DNA from: a virus
Reading direction: 5' to 3' (one strand)
Length of the DNA: 64,000 bases
Virus record (IMG/VR): IMGVR_UViG_3300037485_001404
Span: 1-64,000 of that record
The first letter of the stretch is position 1. The number at the start of each line of letters is the position of its first letter. Made by a program: the position numbers and the translations under genes. Positions 8,619 to 19,181 of this stretch are shown piece after piece. The notes below the pieces were generated by a model. That model was not told where the DNA came from. It saw only the letters and a program-made list of their open reading frames with translations, and did not search any database.

Positions 8619-11600
8619 GTCTAATCTTCATCATATCTATCAAATTCTTCATTCTCTCAGGGTCACCCTTCTCAAACATCTTAGGATCTAGGTCTTCTGG
8701 TTTCTCATAGATTGGCTCAAGTATCTTGCCTGCTGTACTCTTGTCTACTCTTCCAAGTGCTCCAGACTTAGCTAAGATGTCATAGGTTTCATCCCATTCC
8801 TGGAAGCTTCTATCCATAGCTTGAGCTTGTGCAGCCAAGTCGTCTATTTCTTCTTTGCTGTAACCCAGAGCGGGTCCAACATCGTTGTACCATTTATCAT
8901 AGAAGAAAGAGTTATCAGGTCCGGTGTACTTATTGAATCCAAACTTGACAAGTAAATCCTGCCAGGGATAGTAATGCTCTTTAGCCTGCGATTCACGTTG
9001 TCTGAGTACGTCAAACCCTACTTGCTCTGAGGCACTCATTGCCTCGCTCATTTCGTATTCTCTTCTCATATTTCTCATGATGTATGCGATCTTGAGAGGA
9101 CCGATATCTTTGATAAGCCAAGAAGAGAACACGTTGCTGCGAAACATGGTATCACCGAACATGTTCCACTTCATTGTACTGTAGTAATCCTGGAGTTTGA
9201 TAATCTCCATGTCTATTTCTTGAGCTTCTTTGAACTTGCCTTCTTTATGTAGAGCATTCCTATTGCTTCTCATGATATTGACTTTGGACTCCAGAAATGG
9301 GAGTTCTTTAGTCACAGATTCATAACCCATAGCTGAGGATGTTTCTATCCAATCTTTAATAGCTACACCACCGTAGGCCAGACTTGAACTCCACATATCC
9401 TGGACACCACGGGATGAAAGAGGAACTCTCATTTCAGAAGGAATAGCCAAGGGAACCGCCCTGTCGATATCTTTGAACCCGTAACCAAAAGCTGCGAGTT
9501 GGTTCTCATGACCCTCGAAGAGTTTAGAAAGCCAGTATTCTCTCTCTTCTCTCTCCTTATCCAGTTTAACCTTCTCCATCACGGATTGTCCAAAACCGTT
9601 CTTGAGGAAGTAAGCGGCTCCCATCATTCCTACCAAACCAAACCCGCTAGCATAGACCATTCCTTGCAAGGGCAATGGCATATTTGTGTTACCTGTCTTC
9701 CTAAGCATCGACTCGAATCTAGCTATTCTATTTGCAGTGAATCTAGCTGCATCTACTGAGTTGATTATTACCTTGTACGGACCTTGAGTAATAGCAGAAT
9801 AGAACAGAGACATCTTAGGAAACAGAGGTGAAATGTTATTGATCATAATGGGTGCGGATAATGGACCGAACTTACCGATCACCTCTGAATGAAAGGTCTG
9901 CATAAAGTTCTGTGCAGCAACGTAGGGGGTTCCAGCCTTTACTGCTTTATCTATAGCTAACACCTGCGCCCATACCACGTTAGTGGGGGCTGATCTTAGA
10001 CTATCTTGAATCAACTTGGCTGCTAGCTGTCTGGAATCTGATCTTCCAGATACTAGCAATACTTTAGCTGCCTCGTAGACAGTAGCCGCATTCTCAAGGG
10101 CCATGTGAGAGATGGCAAGTTCAAGGTGTTCTTTTGCATTTCGAGTGAGTAAGTCTTTCCCTTTCTCCCAGAAAGATTGCCATGAACTGGCGTATCCTAC
10201 CCCTCCCATTTTTGTGCCAGGTCTAACATCCAGCAATGCCCTCTGAGCCATTACTGTATTTCTGTGGTCGGCATCTATCAATCCTGCCAAAGTTCTATTG
10301 ATTATAGGACCGAGGTTGGCTCGGTTACTAAGTGCTGTGGCATCTTTTCTAAACAGAACTTGAGAGGTGAAAGACCACCCAATCCTTGCCGCAGAAGCAA
10401 AGAACTTAAACACATAGTCAGGAGCAATACCAAATGCTGCACCAGGGATACCGCCTAAAGAAAATCCAGCTACCCCAAGACCTACTCTTACCGGAGCCTT
10501 TACATACTTCGGGACTCCCCTTAATGCACTAGACCCTGACTGAGTTAGCATGAAGTTTATTGCAGTAATTGCATTGTAGAATAAACTCAGAGGATTAGAT
10601 AATCTTGTGGTCAATGCAGCAGCATTGAGAAAGAGATCCGTGAGAGGCTTAATGACAACGAGGGTAGCGAGACCACCAGGGACTTTTCCCGCTATGTTGT
10701 AAGCTGCCCGAGTGAGGGTTGTCTCAAGATGGTAGAATTTGTTATCCAGTCTGGCAAACTGTTTCATATCTCTACCACCGGCCATGAAAGTCTTGACATA
10801 GCTGTCTACTTTTTCATACCCCATACTCTTAGTGAGTAATCTGTATTTATCCAACACGGTCCTTGAGTGGGCTAGATATGCTCCTTTGATTATTCGTCTA
10901 GAGCTTTCTTGCAGTGTCAGTACAGGGTGTGAGATGTCAGAGGCATCGTCCAATCTGTTAGCCTTGGCGATTTGTCCTGCTTCTGAGGTACCAAATGATC
11001 GTGAGAAATCTTCACCTGTGTATAGAGTATCGGACAAATCATCGATATCATAATTTCTAATCTTCTCGTTCATGACACGTTGTTCGCGCCATTTCTTTGG
11101 GGGTATGTATGTTTTGGTTTGAGCGTACCTCTGGTCTGCATTCTGCTTCTCCAAGATACTGACATGCTCACTAAATACCAAAGAATCCATATCCCTGAAC
11201 CATTTACGTTCTGACCATACAGTTTCCCAGAAGTGCTCATCCTTCTCTGAGAATTCTTTCAGATAGTCAAAGTCTTTATTCGCTTCGTCAACTATTCTTT
11301 GGTAATACTTTGCTCTCTCCTTCGGAGGAAGCTTAGATATATGGTCAGCATCGTATTGTCTTCGGAGTTCTGTATGCCTTGCTATAAACCCTCTTTTATT
11401 GTTATTGGTATAGATACCTTGAGTGTTCTCATTTTCTACCATAAACATCTGCTGAATAACCTTACCCTTGCTGGTAAGGTAGTGCCCACCTTCGTATCCT
11501 CTATGCCCGTCGTAGAAGCCCGAGAATCCAGCCATACCATCTATCTTCTTAAGGGCTAAGGTGACATCTTCTCCCCAGTTCAGAATAGCTCTATGGCGAG

Positions 11601-14600
11601 AGGACACACGCTGACTCCATATCTTATAGATCGCTCTATCGCCTTTTCTATTATCTTCTGCGAATGTAGCAAGGCCCTGGACTGAGGCATAGCCTGTCCT
11701 AACTGCCATCTCATGCTCGCCCATAGTAGCTGTCCACCAGCCTTCATAGGCACTGCGATTAAGCTCTTTGAGCTTCGCTTCGGCACTAACCTGGAGCCGT
11801 GTCAGGTTGAGATAGCCTCTCTGCAAATCCTTCCAAGCATCAAAGGCATTGGTAGGGACGAGAAATTGAGCTAGAAGCATTTCCTTGTCCATCTCTTTAC
11901 CAAAGATCTGTTGGTGCATCTCCGATAACCCTTCCAGCATTCCTTCTGGCAAGTGTGTCAGAGCAGCTTTAATATTTGAGATGTGAGCTTCCATCACGTT
12001 TCTATACTCTGCCGGATTCTCTATCTTGCGGAGCTTATATGCCAAACCCCCTGTCAATTCCATGAACATTTCATATTTACGCTCATGACTGAATGGCATA
12101 TTCTCTGTGAAATCATTCCAGAGAGGAGATAAATCTCTCATAGCTCGGATAGCGGAGGTTCTGAATCTCTCAATGTTGAATTCATTGATAGCGTGAGAAG
12201 CCTTAGCTAATGCGGTGAAGAAAGAATCTGAATCCCCGTATTCGACTACATTCTTAACTGATTTCTCTATATCTAGAACCCAAGACCTCTCCCTATTGTA
12301 CTGCTTCAATGCTTTATGAAATAGAGTTGTGGAAGAGGTGTACCCTTTGGCGGTATTCTTAAGTTCTTCTTTAACCATTCTAAGTTGGTCTTCAAAAGCT
12401 TTAATATCTTGAGGTCTATCGCCCATAGCGGATTCTTCTATAAGGCTTTCGATATCCGATTTCTGCTTTCTAAGATTTGCGCCTGTCACTGTGTCAGTTA
12501 GCTCTTTGTACTCAGCGGTGAGGTTCTCAGGAATAGCTCTCCCCATAGTCATATGGTTTGATATCTTTTCCAGATTGACCAGCATCTTTCCTTCGTTTTC
12601 AGCAGGGAAAGATTTATCAGTCAATAAGTCTCTGTGATGCTCAATGATATTAGAATGAATATCGGGTTGATCGTTCCCATTCTTGAAGATATAATTGACA
12701 AGATTGGATGGTCTGTAGGAAGATTGACTTGAGAGTCTTCTCTGCTTTACAGCGTACTGAGATTGGGTTATTGAATCCTCCATGGAAGAAAGAATCATTT
12801 TCTCTCTGTCAATATCCATCAATCTTTGTTTCTTATTCCATACCTCGACGACTCTTTTTGTTCTCCTAACTGCTCCTCTGAATCCCTCCGAGGTCCCTTT
12901 CATCTCATAAAGCTTGGTGAGCTTCTTTGTCACCTGCTCTTTGGTGAAATTAGATTGTGTCCTGAAAGCATCACGGAGAGTAGCATTGATCTCTACTGCA
13001 GTTCTAATGATTTCATCGTTGCCACCAGAGTTCTTGAGAATGGCCTTCAGTCCCTTGTCAGCCATTCGATAGGATTGCTTGATATCCTCTGCTCTCCTAC
13101 CTAGCTTCTCTACAGTCTTTATTCCAGCAGGGATATTCAATTCCATACTGGATACGCCTTCAAGGATTCCAGCGTTCTTTCTTTTGTTCAACTGTCTTGA
13201 TACGTCATCTGTCTCAGAGTTGAGAAAGTTGTTGAACATATCAACCATGACTTTTCTTCGTACATCATTGACACCAACTCTACCTATGAATTCCTCCATT
13301 GGAGTGTGGATGCTTTCATGGTTCTCTTTCACATAATCCAATAGCTCTTTGGTGTCAGAAGCTCTTCGGTACATTTCTCTCTTAGCTTCTTGGATATCCC
13401 TCATGGATGCTTTATATCCAGGCTCTGCTGTTCTGCCTTCATAGGCAGATTCTATTTTACTCACTCTATTCTGATACGCGAAGTTGATTGCATTGGCATT
13501 TCTGTAGCTCTCAGGTGTCTGACCTGCTACCTCTAAAAGATGAACATCGATCATCTTCTTAATCTCAGGATCGTCTACTCCGATATCAAGAGCTGTTTGA
13601 AGCATATCTGGACTGGTGTCTAGTTTGGTTTCGATTCTTTCCTTGAGTCTATTAGCTCTGGTTACGTTTACTAGTTCATCCTTAATAAGCTTCTGAGGTA
13701 CCCCTTTTATCAGAGGTATTTCCATTTCGCCCGATAAAGTTCTTTCTGCGGTTCCCCTGGAATAGAGATCTTGTGCTATGAGTCTAGCTTGCTTCTGACT
13801 CTTAGGTGTGAAGTCATATCCATGTAAAGCGCCTCCAGCTCCTTGAAGAATTGCAGGCAGCGCAGTATCCAAGACACCCATCCCATCTTGCGGGTATTCC
13901 CGTAGGAATGCCCCCTCTGTGGCTTGGGTGAGTGCAGCCATAGCGCGAGGATGATTTCTCATGGCTCTTATAGCTGCAGCAATCTTTCCAGATGATTTGG
14001 ACATGTTGACTATAGCTTCTGCCTTAAGAACTTGTTCTGCTAGAACCGTTGTAGGTGAAGCATATTTCCCGAGCTTAGATGCCATAGACATCATTGAGAG
14101 GTCATCGTAGAAACCATTTCTAGTAGCGTAGATAAAAGTGTCAGTTACTTGGTCCTGAAACTTTTCCCAGACTTTCTTGTTGACAGATTCAATGCTCTCT
14201 CCAGGCTCTACAATTACCGTAGTGCCGTTGAAATTCATTTCTTTGTCATCATCGAGAACGTCAATCTCTTTCTTTCTATCCCCTGCGAAATCTATTCCTT
14301 CTGGTACCGGAACATAGTCATAGGTTCCTCTTGCCCATCCCACCAAAGCAAGGGGTGCATTGGCAACTATATGATCCATCAACTGAGCGCCGGATTTGAT
14401 AAGAGTACCTAGGTGCTCTGTATCTGGGAATAGTGGATCCCCCCGTTTGAAGTGAGCTTTATTCTCAGCGACATTCATTATTCTCTGTCTGAGCTGAAGA
14501 CCTTTAGATTCACTATCAGGAATACCTGCCGCTTTCTCTGCATCCACGATTTGTCTGGTCAAAGCATCGGCAAGGATTTCATCCTTGTTTGCTTGGATCA

Positions 14601-15150
14601 TATTAGTCTTAATCAATTGCTGCAGGTCTACTTCACCTTTTGGACCTATCTGTAAATCTTGGATGTCCACAGTTTGCGGTGGAGGGAGATCTTCTTCATC
14701 CTCGTCTTTATCTATCGCTTTCCCTGAACTCACAAGGTCCTTAGCAATACCCCAAGCCCCTACCGCAGCTTTTCCTATCCCCCTGAATGCTGGACCCAGT
14801 ACATGCTTTTCTATACCTCCTTCATCTGGGTTAATAAGCCAATCAGGAGATACGAAGGGTAGCTCAGCTCTGCGTTCACTTTCTGCTTGCATAATAGCTT
14901 GCTGGTGAGGTCTTAGAATATGTTTACCCGGTTCAGGCTTTCCACCTTCTACCTTTTGCATAGCTTGTGCAATTTCATTGACCGGAGCTGCTTCTGTTTC
15001 AACTGCTGCCGGTGTGGGAGTAGCAACAGGCTTCTTTGGTTTAATTGCTTCGGGAGTAGCTTCTACTCCCATAGCTTTAGAGATCTCGTCTTGAATGGTT
15101 TCCTCTCCCGATTGAGAGGCTGTTTCATCTTGGTTCAGTTCTTCTTCCAC
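8605..15150 (-). CDS. very large putative internal virion / DNA ejection protein (2181 aa)
   Basis: Last gene of the virion operon; helical composition with Gly/Ala hydrophobic stretches; position matches podovirus ejectosome genes. Function inferred from synteny. Confidence 0.7.
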   Translation of the reverse strand: MEEELNQDETASQSGEETIQDEISKAMGVEATPEAIKPKKPVATPTPAAVETEAAPVNEIAQAMQKVEGGKPEPGKHILRPHQQAIMQAESERRAELPFVSPDWLINPDEGGIEKHVLGPAFRGIGKAAVGAWGIAKDLVSSGKAIDKDEDEEDLPPPQTVDIQDLQIGPKGEVDLQQLIKTNMIQANKDEILADALTRQIVDAEKAAGIPDSESKGLQLRQRIMNVAENKAHFKRGDPLFPDTEHLGTLIKSGAQLMDHIVANAPLALVGWARGTYDYVPVPEGIDFAGDRKKEIDVLDDDKEMNFNGTTVIVEPGESIESVNKKVWEKFQDQVTDTFIYATRNGFYDDLSMMSMASKLGKYASPTTVLAEQVLKAEAIVNMSKSSGKIAAAIRAMRNHPRAMAALTQATEGAFLREYPQDGMGVLDTALPAILQGAGGALHGYDFTPKSQKQARLIAQDLYSRGTAERTLSGEMEIPLIKGVPQKLIKDELVNVTRANRLKERIETKLDTSPDMLQTALDIGVDDPEIKKMIDVHLLEVAGQTPESYRNANAINFAYQNRVSKIESAYEGRTAEPGYKASMRDIQEAKREMYRRASDTKELLDYVKENHESIHTPMEEFIGRVGVNDVRRKVMVDMFNNFLNSETDDVSRQLNKRKNAGILEGVSSMELNIPAGIKTVEKLGRRAEDIKQSYRMADKGLKAILKNSGGNDEIIRTAVEINATLRDAFRTQSNFTKEQVTKKLTKLYEMKGTSEGFRGAVRRTKRVVEVWNKKQRLMDIDREKMILSSMEDSITQSQYAVKQRRLSSQSSYRPSNLVNYIFKNGNDQPDIHSNIIEHHRDLLTDKSFPAENEGKMLVNLEKISNHMTMGRAIPENLTAEYKELTDTVTGANLRKQKSDIESLIEESAMGDRPQDIKAFEDQLRMVKEELKNTAKGYTSSTTLFHKALKQYNRERSWVLDIEKSVKNVVEYGDSDSFFTALAKASHAINEFNIERFRTSAIRAMRDLSPLWNDFTENMPFSHERKYEMFMELTGGLAYKLRKIENPAEYRNVMEAHISNIKAALTHLPEGMLEGLSEMHQQIFGKEMDKEMLLAQFLVPTNAFDAWKDLQRGYLNLTRLQVSAEAKLKELNRSAYEGWWTATMGEHEMAVRTGYASVQGLATFAEDNRKGDRAIYKIWSQRVSSRHRAILNWGEDVTLALKKIDGMAGFSGFYDGHRGYEGGHYLTSKGKVIQQMFMVENENTQGIYTNNNKRGFIARHTELRRQYDADHISKLPPKERAKYYQRIVDEANKDFDYLKEFSEKDEHFWETVWSERKWFRDMDSLVFSEHVSILEKQNADQRYAQTKTYIPPKKWREQRVMNEKIRNYDIDDLSDTLYTGEDFSRSFGTSEAGQIAKANRLDDASDISHPVLTLQESSRRIIKGAYLAHSRTVLDKYRLLTKSMGYEKVDSYVKTFMAGGRDMKQFARLDNKFYHLETTLTRAAYNIAGKVPGGLATLVVIKPLTDLFLNAAALTTRLSNPLSLFYNAITAINFMLTQSGSSALRGVPKYVKAPVRVGLGVAGFSLGGIPGAAFGIAPDYVFKFFASAARIGWSFTSQVLFRKDATALSNRANLGPIINRTLAGLIDADHRNTVMAQRALLDVRPGTKMGGVGYASSWQSFWEKGKDLLTRNAKEHLELAISHMALENAATVYEAAKVLLVSGRSDSRQLAAKLIQDSLRSAPTNVVWAQVLAIDKAVKAGTPYVAAQNFMQTFHSEVIGKFGPLSAPIMINNISPLFPKMSLFYSAITQGPYKVIINSVDAARFTANRIARFESMLRKTGNTNMPLPLQGMVYASGFGLVGMMGAAYFLKNGFGQSVMEKVKLDKEREEREYWLSKLFEGHENQLAAFGYGFKDIDRAVPLAIPSEMRVPLSSRGVQDMWSSSLAYGGVAIKDWIETSSAMGYESVTKELPFLESKVNIMRSNRNALHKEGKFKEAQEIDMEIIKLQDYYSTMKWNMFGDTMFRSNVFSSWLIKDIGPLKIAYIMRNMRREYEMSEAMSASEQVGFDVLRQRESQAKEHYYPWQDLLVKFGFNKYTGPDNSFFYDKWYNDVGPALGYSKEEIDDLAAQAQAMDRSFQEWDETYDILAKSGALGRVDKSTAGKILEPIYEKPEDLDPKMFEKGDPERMKNLIDMMKIRPKKD

Positions 15151-15175
15151 TGGTAGTACCTCTCAACGGGAATAG

Positions 15176-16582
15176 TCAATTGGGTGCCTGACGGGTAGGT
15201 GTTGCGCCTTCGACTTGAGGAGTTCCCACTTCAGATTCAAGTGCAGGCCATCCAAATCCAGCTCCCATGTACTGATTGATTCTAGCCCTGTGTTGATTTA
15301 CTGCGGTTTCATTTCCTGCGGGGTAATTGCCTCGAAGGTCACTGAAGATCCTTGTCAACGCAGCTTTCATTCCAGCTTTTCGTTGAAGATCCGTGACTGG
15401 TTTACCTGCTGATGCCTTATTGACTTCGGCTTCAGCAAATGCCCATACAGATTCTGGAGATAGGTTTGGGATACCTCTGGTACGTGCTTTCAACTCTTGA
15501 AGGGACAAAGCTCCTTCAGGGGCCTGTGCCTTAGCTAGCAATGCCATATTGTCTGAAATGGCTTTGCGTTGCTCAGGCGCTTGTGGCTGTCTGAACTGTA
15601 CCTTCGGTACAGCAGCATTGGCATTCCTCGGGCTTGGTGCAATAGGAGGAATAATGTACGTGGCACCTTGAGTTGTGCCTTGCTTATCCCCGGTAACAGT
15701 CTGACGGAGAATCCCAGTATCCATAAGAGTCTTGAGAATCCTTTGGACTTGTTCCTCAGTATTACCAGCTTCTCTGAGAGATTTCTCAAGCATTGCCGTT
15801 TTATTTGCAATGCCTTGTTCTGTTGATTTCCCTTCTCCCTCTAATCTCTTACCGAGAACGGTCTTGGATTCATCCGCTCCTTGCTGAGCATTGTAAGCAT
15901 CGGTAGGTTGGAATTTAGATCCGACATCAAGATGGGTCATTCCTCCAACGGTACCGGCTGTCATCTTGCCGAGATTCTGGATAATGAGATCCCACATCTC
16001 ACGTTTTCTATTCACGTCTGCTTCATTGCGATAATCCTGAATAGCTGAGTGCATATTAGCTCGTTGGCTAGCAATATCACCGCCGATTGAGTTCTGTGTC
16101 CCGGAGATAGCGGATTGTGCCCAACGTCCTTGAGCATCAGTAGGTGAAGGTAGTCCAGGTGCAGGTGGGGTAATTAGCCTGCCAGCTTCTGTGGCCGCTG
16201 CCTGTGCTGCAGGTGCCATTTCTTTTTCAGTAATAGTGGTAGATTTAGAGTCTGAAGATCCAGCCTTACCAGTGCCTCCAGGAACCACACCTTTTCCAGG
16301 TACTCCAGGGGTATTCTCTTTCGCCTTTGCAGCGAGACCTGAAGCAGGTGCCGCACCTGTAGCAGCAGGAACAGCTCTGGTCTTAGAAGCAGGTGCCGTA
16401 GTAGTCTTGCTCACAGACGGAGTAGCAGCAGGTATTGACCTAGCTTTTGAGGGAGCCGGAGTAGGAGCTGTTGCAGGCTCTCCGCTAGGAGGAAATTCTT
16501 GCCAAACCCAAGAGCCATCAGGTTGCTTGACTTTGTATCCCCATTTCTGCGTGGTAGGGTCTTTAGCTTTAGTCCATGCCAT
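15176..16582 (-). CDS. putative internal virion protein
   Basis: 468 aa, Ala/Pro/Gln-rich; lies among the ejection genes. Confidence 0.65.
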   Translation of the reverse strand: MAWTKAKDPTTQKWGYKVKQPDGSWVWQEFPPSGEPATAPTPAPSKARSIPAATPSVSKTTTAPASKTRAVPAATGAAPASGLAAKAKENTPGVPGKGVVPGGTGKAGSSDSKSTTITEKEMAPAAQAAATEAGRLITPPAPGLPSPTDAQGRWAQSAISGTQNSIGGDIASQRANMHSAIQDYRNEADVNRKREMWDLIIQNLGKMTAGTVGGMTHLDVGSKFQPTDAYNAQQGADESKTVLGKRLEGEGKSTEQGIANKTAMLEKSLREAGNTEEQVQRILKTLMDTGILRQTVTGDKQGTTQGATYIIPPIAPSPRNANAAVPKVQFRQPQAPEQRKAISDNMALLAKAQAPEGALSLQELKARTRGIPNLSPESVWAFAEAEVNKASAGKPVTDLQRKAGMKAALTRIFSDLRGNYPAGNETAVNQHRARINQYMGAGFGWPALESEVGTPQVEGATPTRQAPN

Positions 16583-16593
16583 GATTTTATCTC

Positions 16594-17442
16594 CTATGTA
16601 TTCGATGCGGAATTTACTGTCCTACCAACTTTAGTTCCTGTAGCACCTCCAGCAGCAGCTCCTGCCGGACCTCCATAATAGCCACCAACTACTGCACCGA
16701 TCACGCCAAAAGCACCAGATAGAATAGATGCAAGATTTCCGGCTTTAGCTTGAGCTTCCGCAGCCTTTTTAGCCAGATTGAGTATCCTGTTCATTCTGGA
16801 CTTGGCACCTTCTATGTTCTTATTGGCAACGTCTATTTCAAGCTGCCCTTTAAGAGCCGCCATTTCTACATCGAATTTCTCTTTGTACCCAGCAGCTTCT
16901 AGCTTCAATTTCCCTTCGAGTCTTTGAATATCATCTTTATTCGCTCTACCTGCTTGGAGATCTTGATATAGTTTTTGCATCCCAATATCTGAGATGTAAG
17001 CATTCTGGTGTAGAGCCAATTCTCCACCTTGGATACCTAAGTCAAATGCTTTGATTGCCAGAGCTGTTGCTGCCTCTTCTTTGGCATCGGCAGTCTTTCT
17101 AAGATATCTTGTCAGTGCAGAAGTCTGTCTGCCTGCAAGCATATCCTCTTTCATTTTTGAACCCTGGATATTGAGGGTATCTTGTTCCTTGCCCTGAGTA
17201 GGTAACATCTCTGCTGCCTTCATTTGGGCTTCTTCCATCGCAGCACTGGTCTTCTCTGGTGTTCCCATCCTGGCATTCTGAGCTGCTGCCTTGGATACAT
17301 CTTCTACTAATTGACCGCGCTGTATTTGACGCTGTTCTTTTGCTTCTGGCTGTGCAATATTGATGAACTTGTCATACGCTTTCTCACGCATCCTAGTTGC
17401 GGTATCAGGATCTACCCCGAAATCTTGAAACTCAATCGCCAT
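16594..17442 (-). CDS. putative DNA ejection/pilot protein
   Basis: Coiled-coil body and C-terminal glycine zipper GAFGVIGAVVGGYYGGPAGAAAGG. Confidence 0.7.
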   Translation of the reverse strand: MAIEFQDFGVDPDTATRMREKAYDKFINIAQPEAKEQRQIQRGQLVEDVSKAAAQNARMGTPEKTSAAMEEAQMKAAEMLPTQGKEQDTLNIQGSKMKEDMLAGRQTSALTRYLRKTADAKEEAATALAIKAFDLGIQGGELALHQNAYISDIGMQKLYQDLQAGRANKDDIQRLEGKLKLEAAGYKEKFDVEMAALKGQLEIDVANKNIEGAKSRMNRILNLAKKAAEAQAKAGNLASILSGAFGVIGAVVGGYYGGPAGAAAGGATGTKVGRTVNSASNT

Positions 17443-18139
17443 TAGATATCTCCTCTAGCCCAGGGAGGTTGAAAAACTCTAGTGCGGAGATACCTTTCGA
17501 CAAAGCATAATAATAGCTTTGATTCCTTTTACCTGTCAGTCTGTAAAGGTCTGTCAAAAGTATTCTCCCCCCGTTCAGGGTGAATTCCACATTCTGCCTA
17601 GTATTTCGGCTTTGCAGGGTTCTCGGAATCCAGACGCAGTTATCCTTAGAATACCCCTTAGAGTTGTCTACCCGCTCTATGCTCATGTCTTCCGAAGGGG
17701 GATACCCCATATCTGAAATAAATGTGCCAAAATCTTCCCACTCTTTGCAAACAGAGATACCTCTGCCACCGTATCTATCAAATGAAGCATTCGCGGGGTC
17801 TGAACATCTCCTCCACATGTTCCTGAAAGCCGCAGCAGCCTTCTTAGAGAGCCCTGTTGCGTTAAGAGTTATAAACTTGCCAGACAAGAACTGTGATTCT
17901 TTATAGGACTCAAGATTATTTTTCTGTTTCTCTGTGGCGAGACATCCACATGACTGAGTGCGCCCTAGGACGACATTTCTCAATTGCGTATCCTTAGTCT
18001 TGCCGCAAGAACAAATAAACCCGCCTCTCCACCTAGTAACACCAGAATTATTTCTGTGCATATACACTAGCTGACAAGTGAGTCTTCCATATTCCTTCCC
18101 TAGACTATCCGTAGCTTTAATGTGGTCTGAAGAGATCAT
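17432..18139 (-). CDS. HNH-family homing endonuclease
   Basis: CSCG...TQSCGC, RYGGRGISVCKEW, SIERVDNSKGYSKDNCVW, QSRN. Confidence 0.88.
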   Translation of the reverse strand: MISSDHIKATDSLGKEYGRLTCQLVYMHRNNSGVTRWRGGFICSCGKTKDTQLRNVVLGRTQSCGCLATEKQKNNLESYKESQFLSGKFITLNATGLSKKAAAAFRNMWRRCSDPANASFDRYGGRGISVCKEWEDFGTFISDMGYPPSEDMSIERVDNSKGYSKDNCVWIPRTLQSRNTRQNVEFTLNGGRILLTDLYRLTGKRNQSYYYALSKGISALEFFNLPGLEEISNGD

Positions 18140-18465
18140 ATTTCACTCCCCGACAACACCATTTCAGAATATTGTTCAGGCTGTTTAGCCTTACCTTGCA
18201 GTGTCATCATATGCCGCAACATCCTCTGTCTAGGAGTCAGCTCTGGGCTTGGTTGCACATTGGCTTGCTCCTGTGCCTGAGGTGTCTGCAGTGCTGCATT
18301 GAATGCCGATGGCCTAATTGGTTTATTAGGATTTGGCGTTCCTTCCATTCCCTCCATAGGGAGAGGGGGAGTAGGCTCTTCTGGATCGCCTTGTTCCCTA
18401 GTTCCCGGTCTGGTAATGAATGCCGGATTTTTCATTTGTTCAAGGATCTCTCTTAACCTACTCAT
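18136..18465 (-). CDS. hypothetical protein (virion module)
   Basis: 109 aa; ATGA-coupled on both sides. Confidence 0.65.
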   Translation of the reverse strand: MSRLREILEQMKNPAFITRPGTREQGDPEEPTPPLPMEGMEGTPNPNKPIRPSAFNAALQTPQAQEQANVQPSPELTPRQRMLRHMMTLQGKAKQPEQYSEMVLSGSEI

Positions 18466-19181
18466 GATAGATACCCCGCAGCCGCAGACCCTATGCCGAA
18501 GAGTCCACTAATAAAGGATGATAGATTATTGCCCTTAGCTTCAATCTCCTTCAAAATCATATCCCTCTCAAGACCGCCAATGGCAGTTATATCCTGCAAT
18601 TGATTATTCAAATCAGTTTTCAGTAGGGTGAAATACCTGTCCAAGTCTGCAGTGTCTAGCTGTCCCTGTTGAGCGATGGCAAGCAGATCCATTTCTAGAA
18701 TGCCTTTGTTGTAAGCATCATTCATAGAGTCTATTCTATCAGCGGCGTTCTGGAAAGAGGAGAACTCTATTTTATTCAGAGCTTCCTTTCCCTGCTGCTG
18801 AGTCTCTCGTTGTTTGAGATTTGCCCCAACTTCAAGCTGTCGTTGCTTTTCAGGAATATCAGTCTTGAGCTTTGAGCGATCATACAATGCAGAGCGTACT
18901 TTTTCTGCAAAATCTCCAGTACGTTCATCAATCGATTTAGATAGATCGTATGCTCCCGTGGTGGCTTGTTTCCTTCTATCATATTCCCCTGCATCGTACT
19001 TATTCTCTGCTGCGATATCTGCAGATGCACTAGGCTTAGCTGTTGATAGTCTAGTTCCAACTCCGCCGTACTGCTTGTTCGCTGCTTCTGTAGCCTGTTG
19101 CATCATCCTACGGATAGCAGAGTATTCCTGCGGATCTTTTTCTGCTGTGCTTGCCATTACATCTGACGTAAATGCTGCCAT
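18462..19181 (-). CDS. putative DNA ejection protein
   Basis: Coiled coil; C-terminal FISGLFGIGSAAAG resembles the tail of 16594-17442. Confidence 0.65.
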   Translation of the reverse strand: MAAFTSDVMASTAEKDPQEYSAIRRMMQQATEAANKQYGGVGTRLSTAKPSASADIAAENKYDAGEYDRRKQATTGAYDLSKSIDERTGDFAEKVRSALYDRSKLKTDIPEKQRQLEVGANLKQRETQQQGKEALNKIEFSSFQNAADRIDSMNDAYNKGILEMDLLAIAQQGQLDTADLDRYFTLLKTDLNNQLQDITAIGGLERDMILKEIEAKGNNLSSFISGLFGIGSAAAGYLS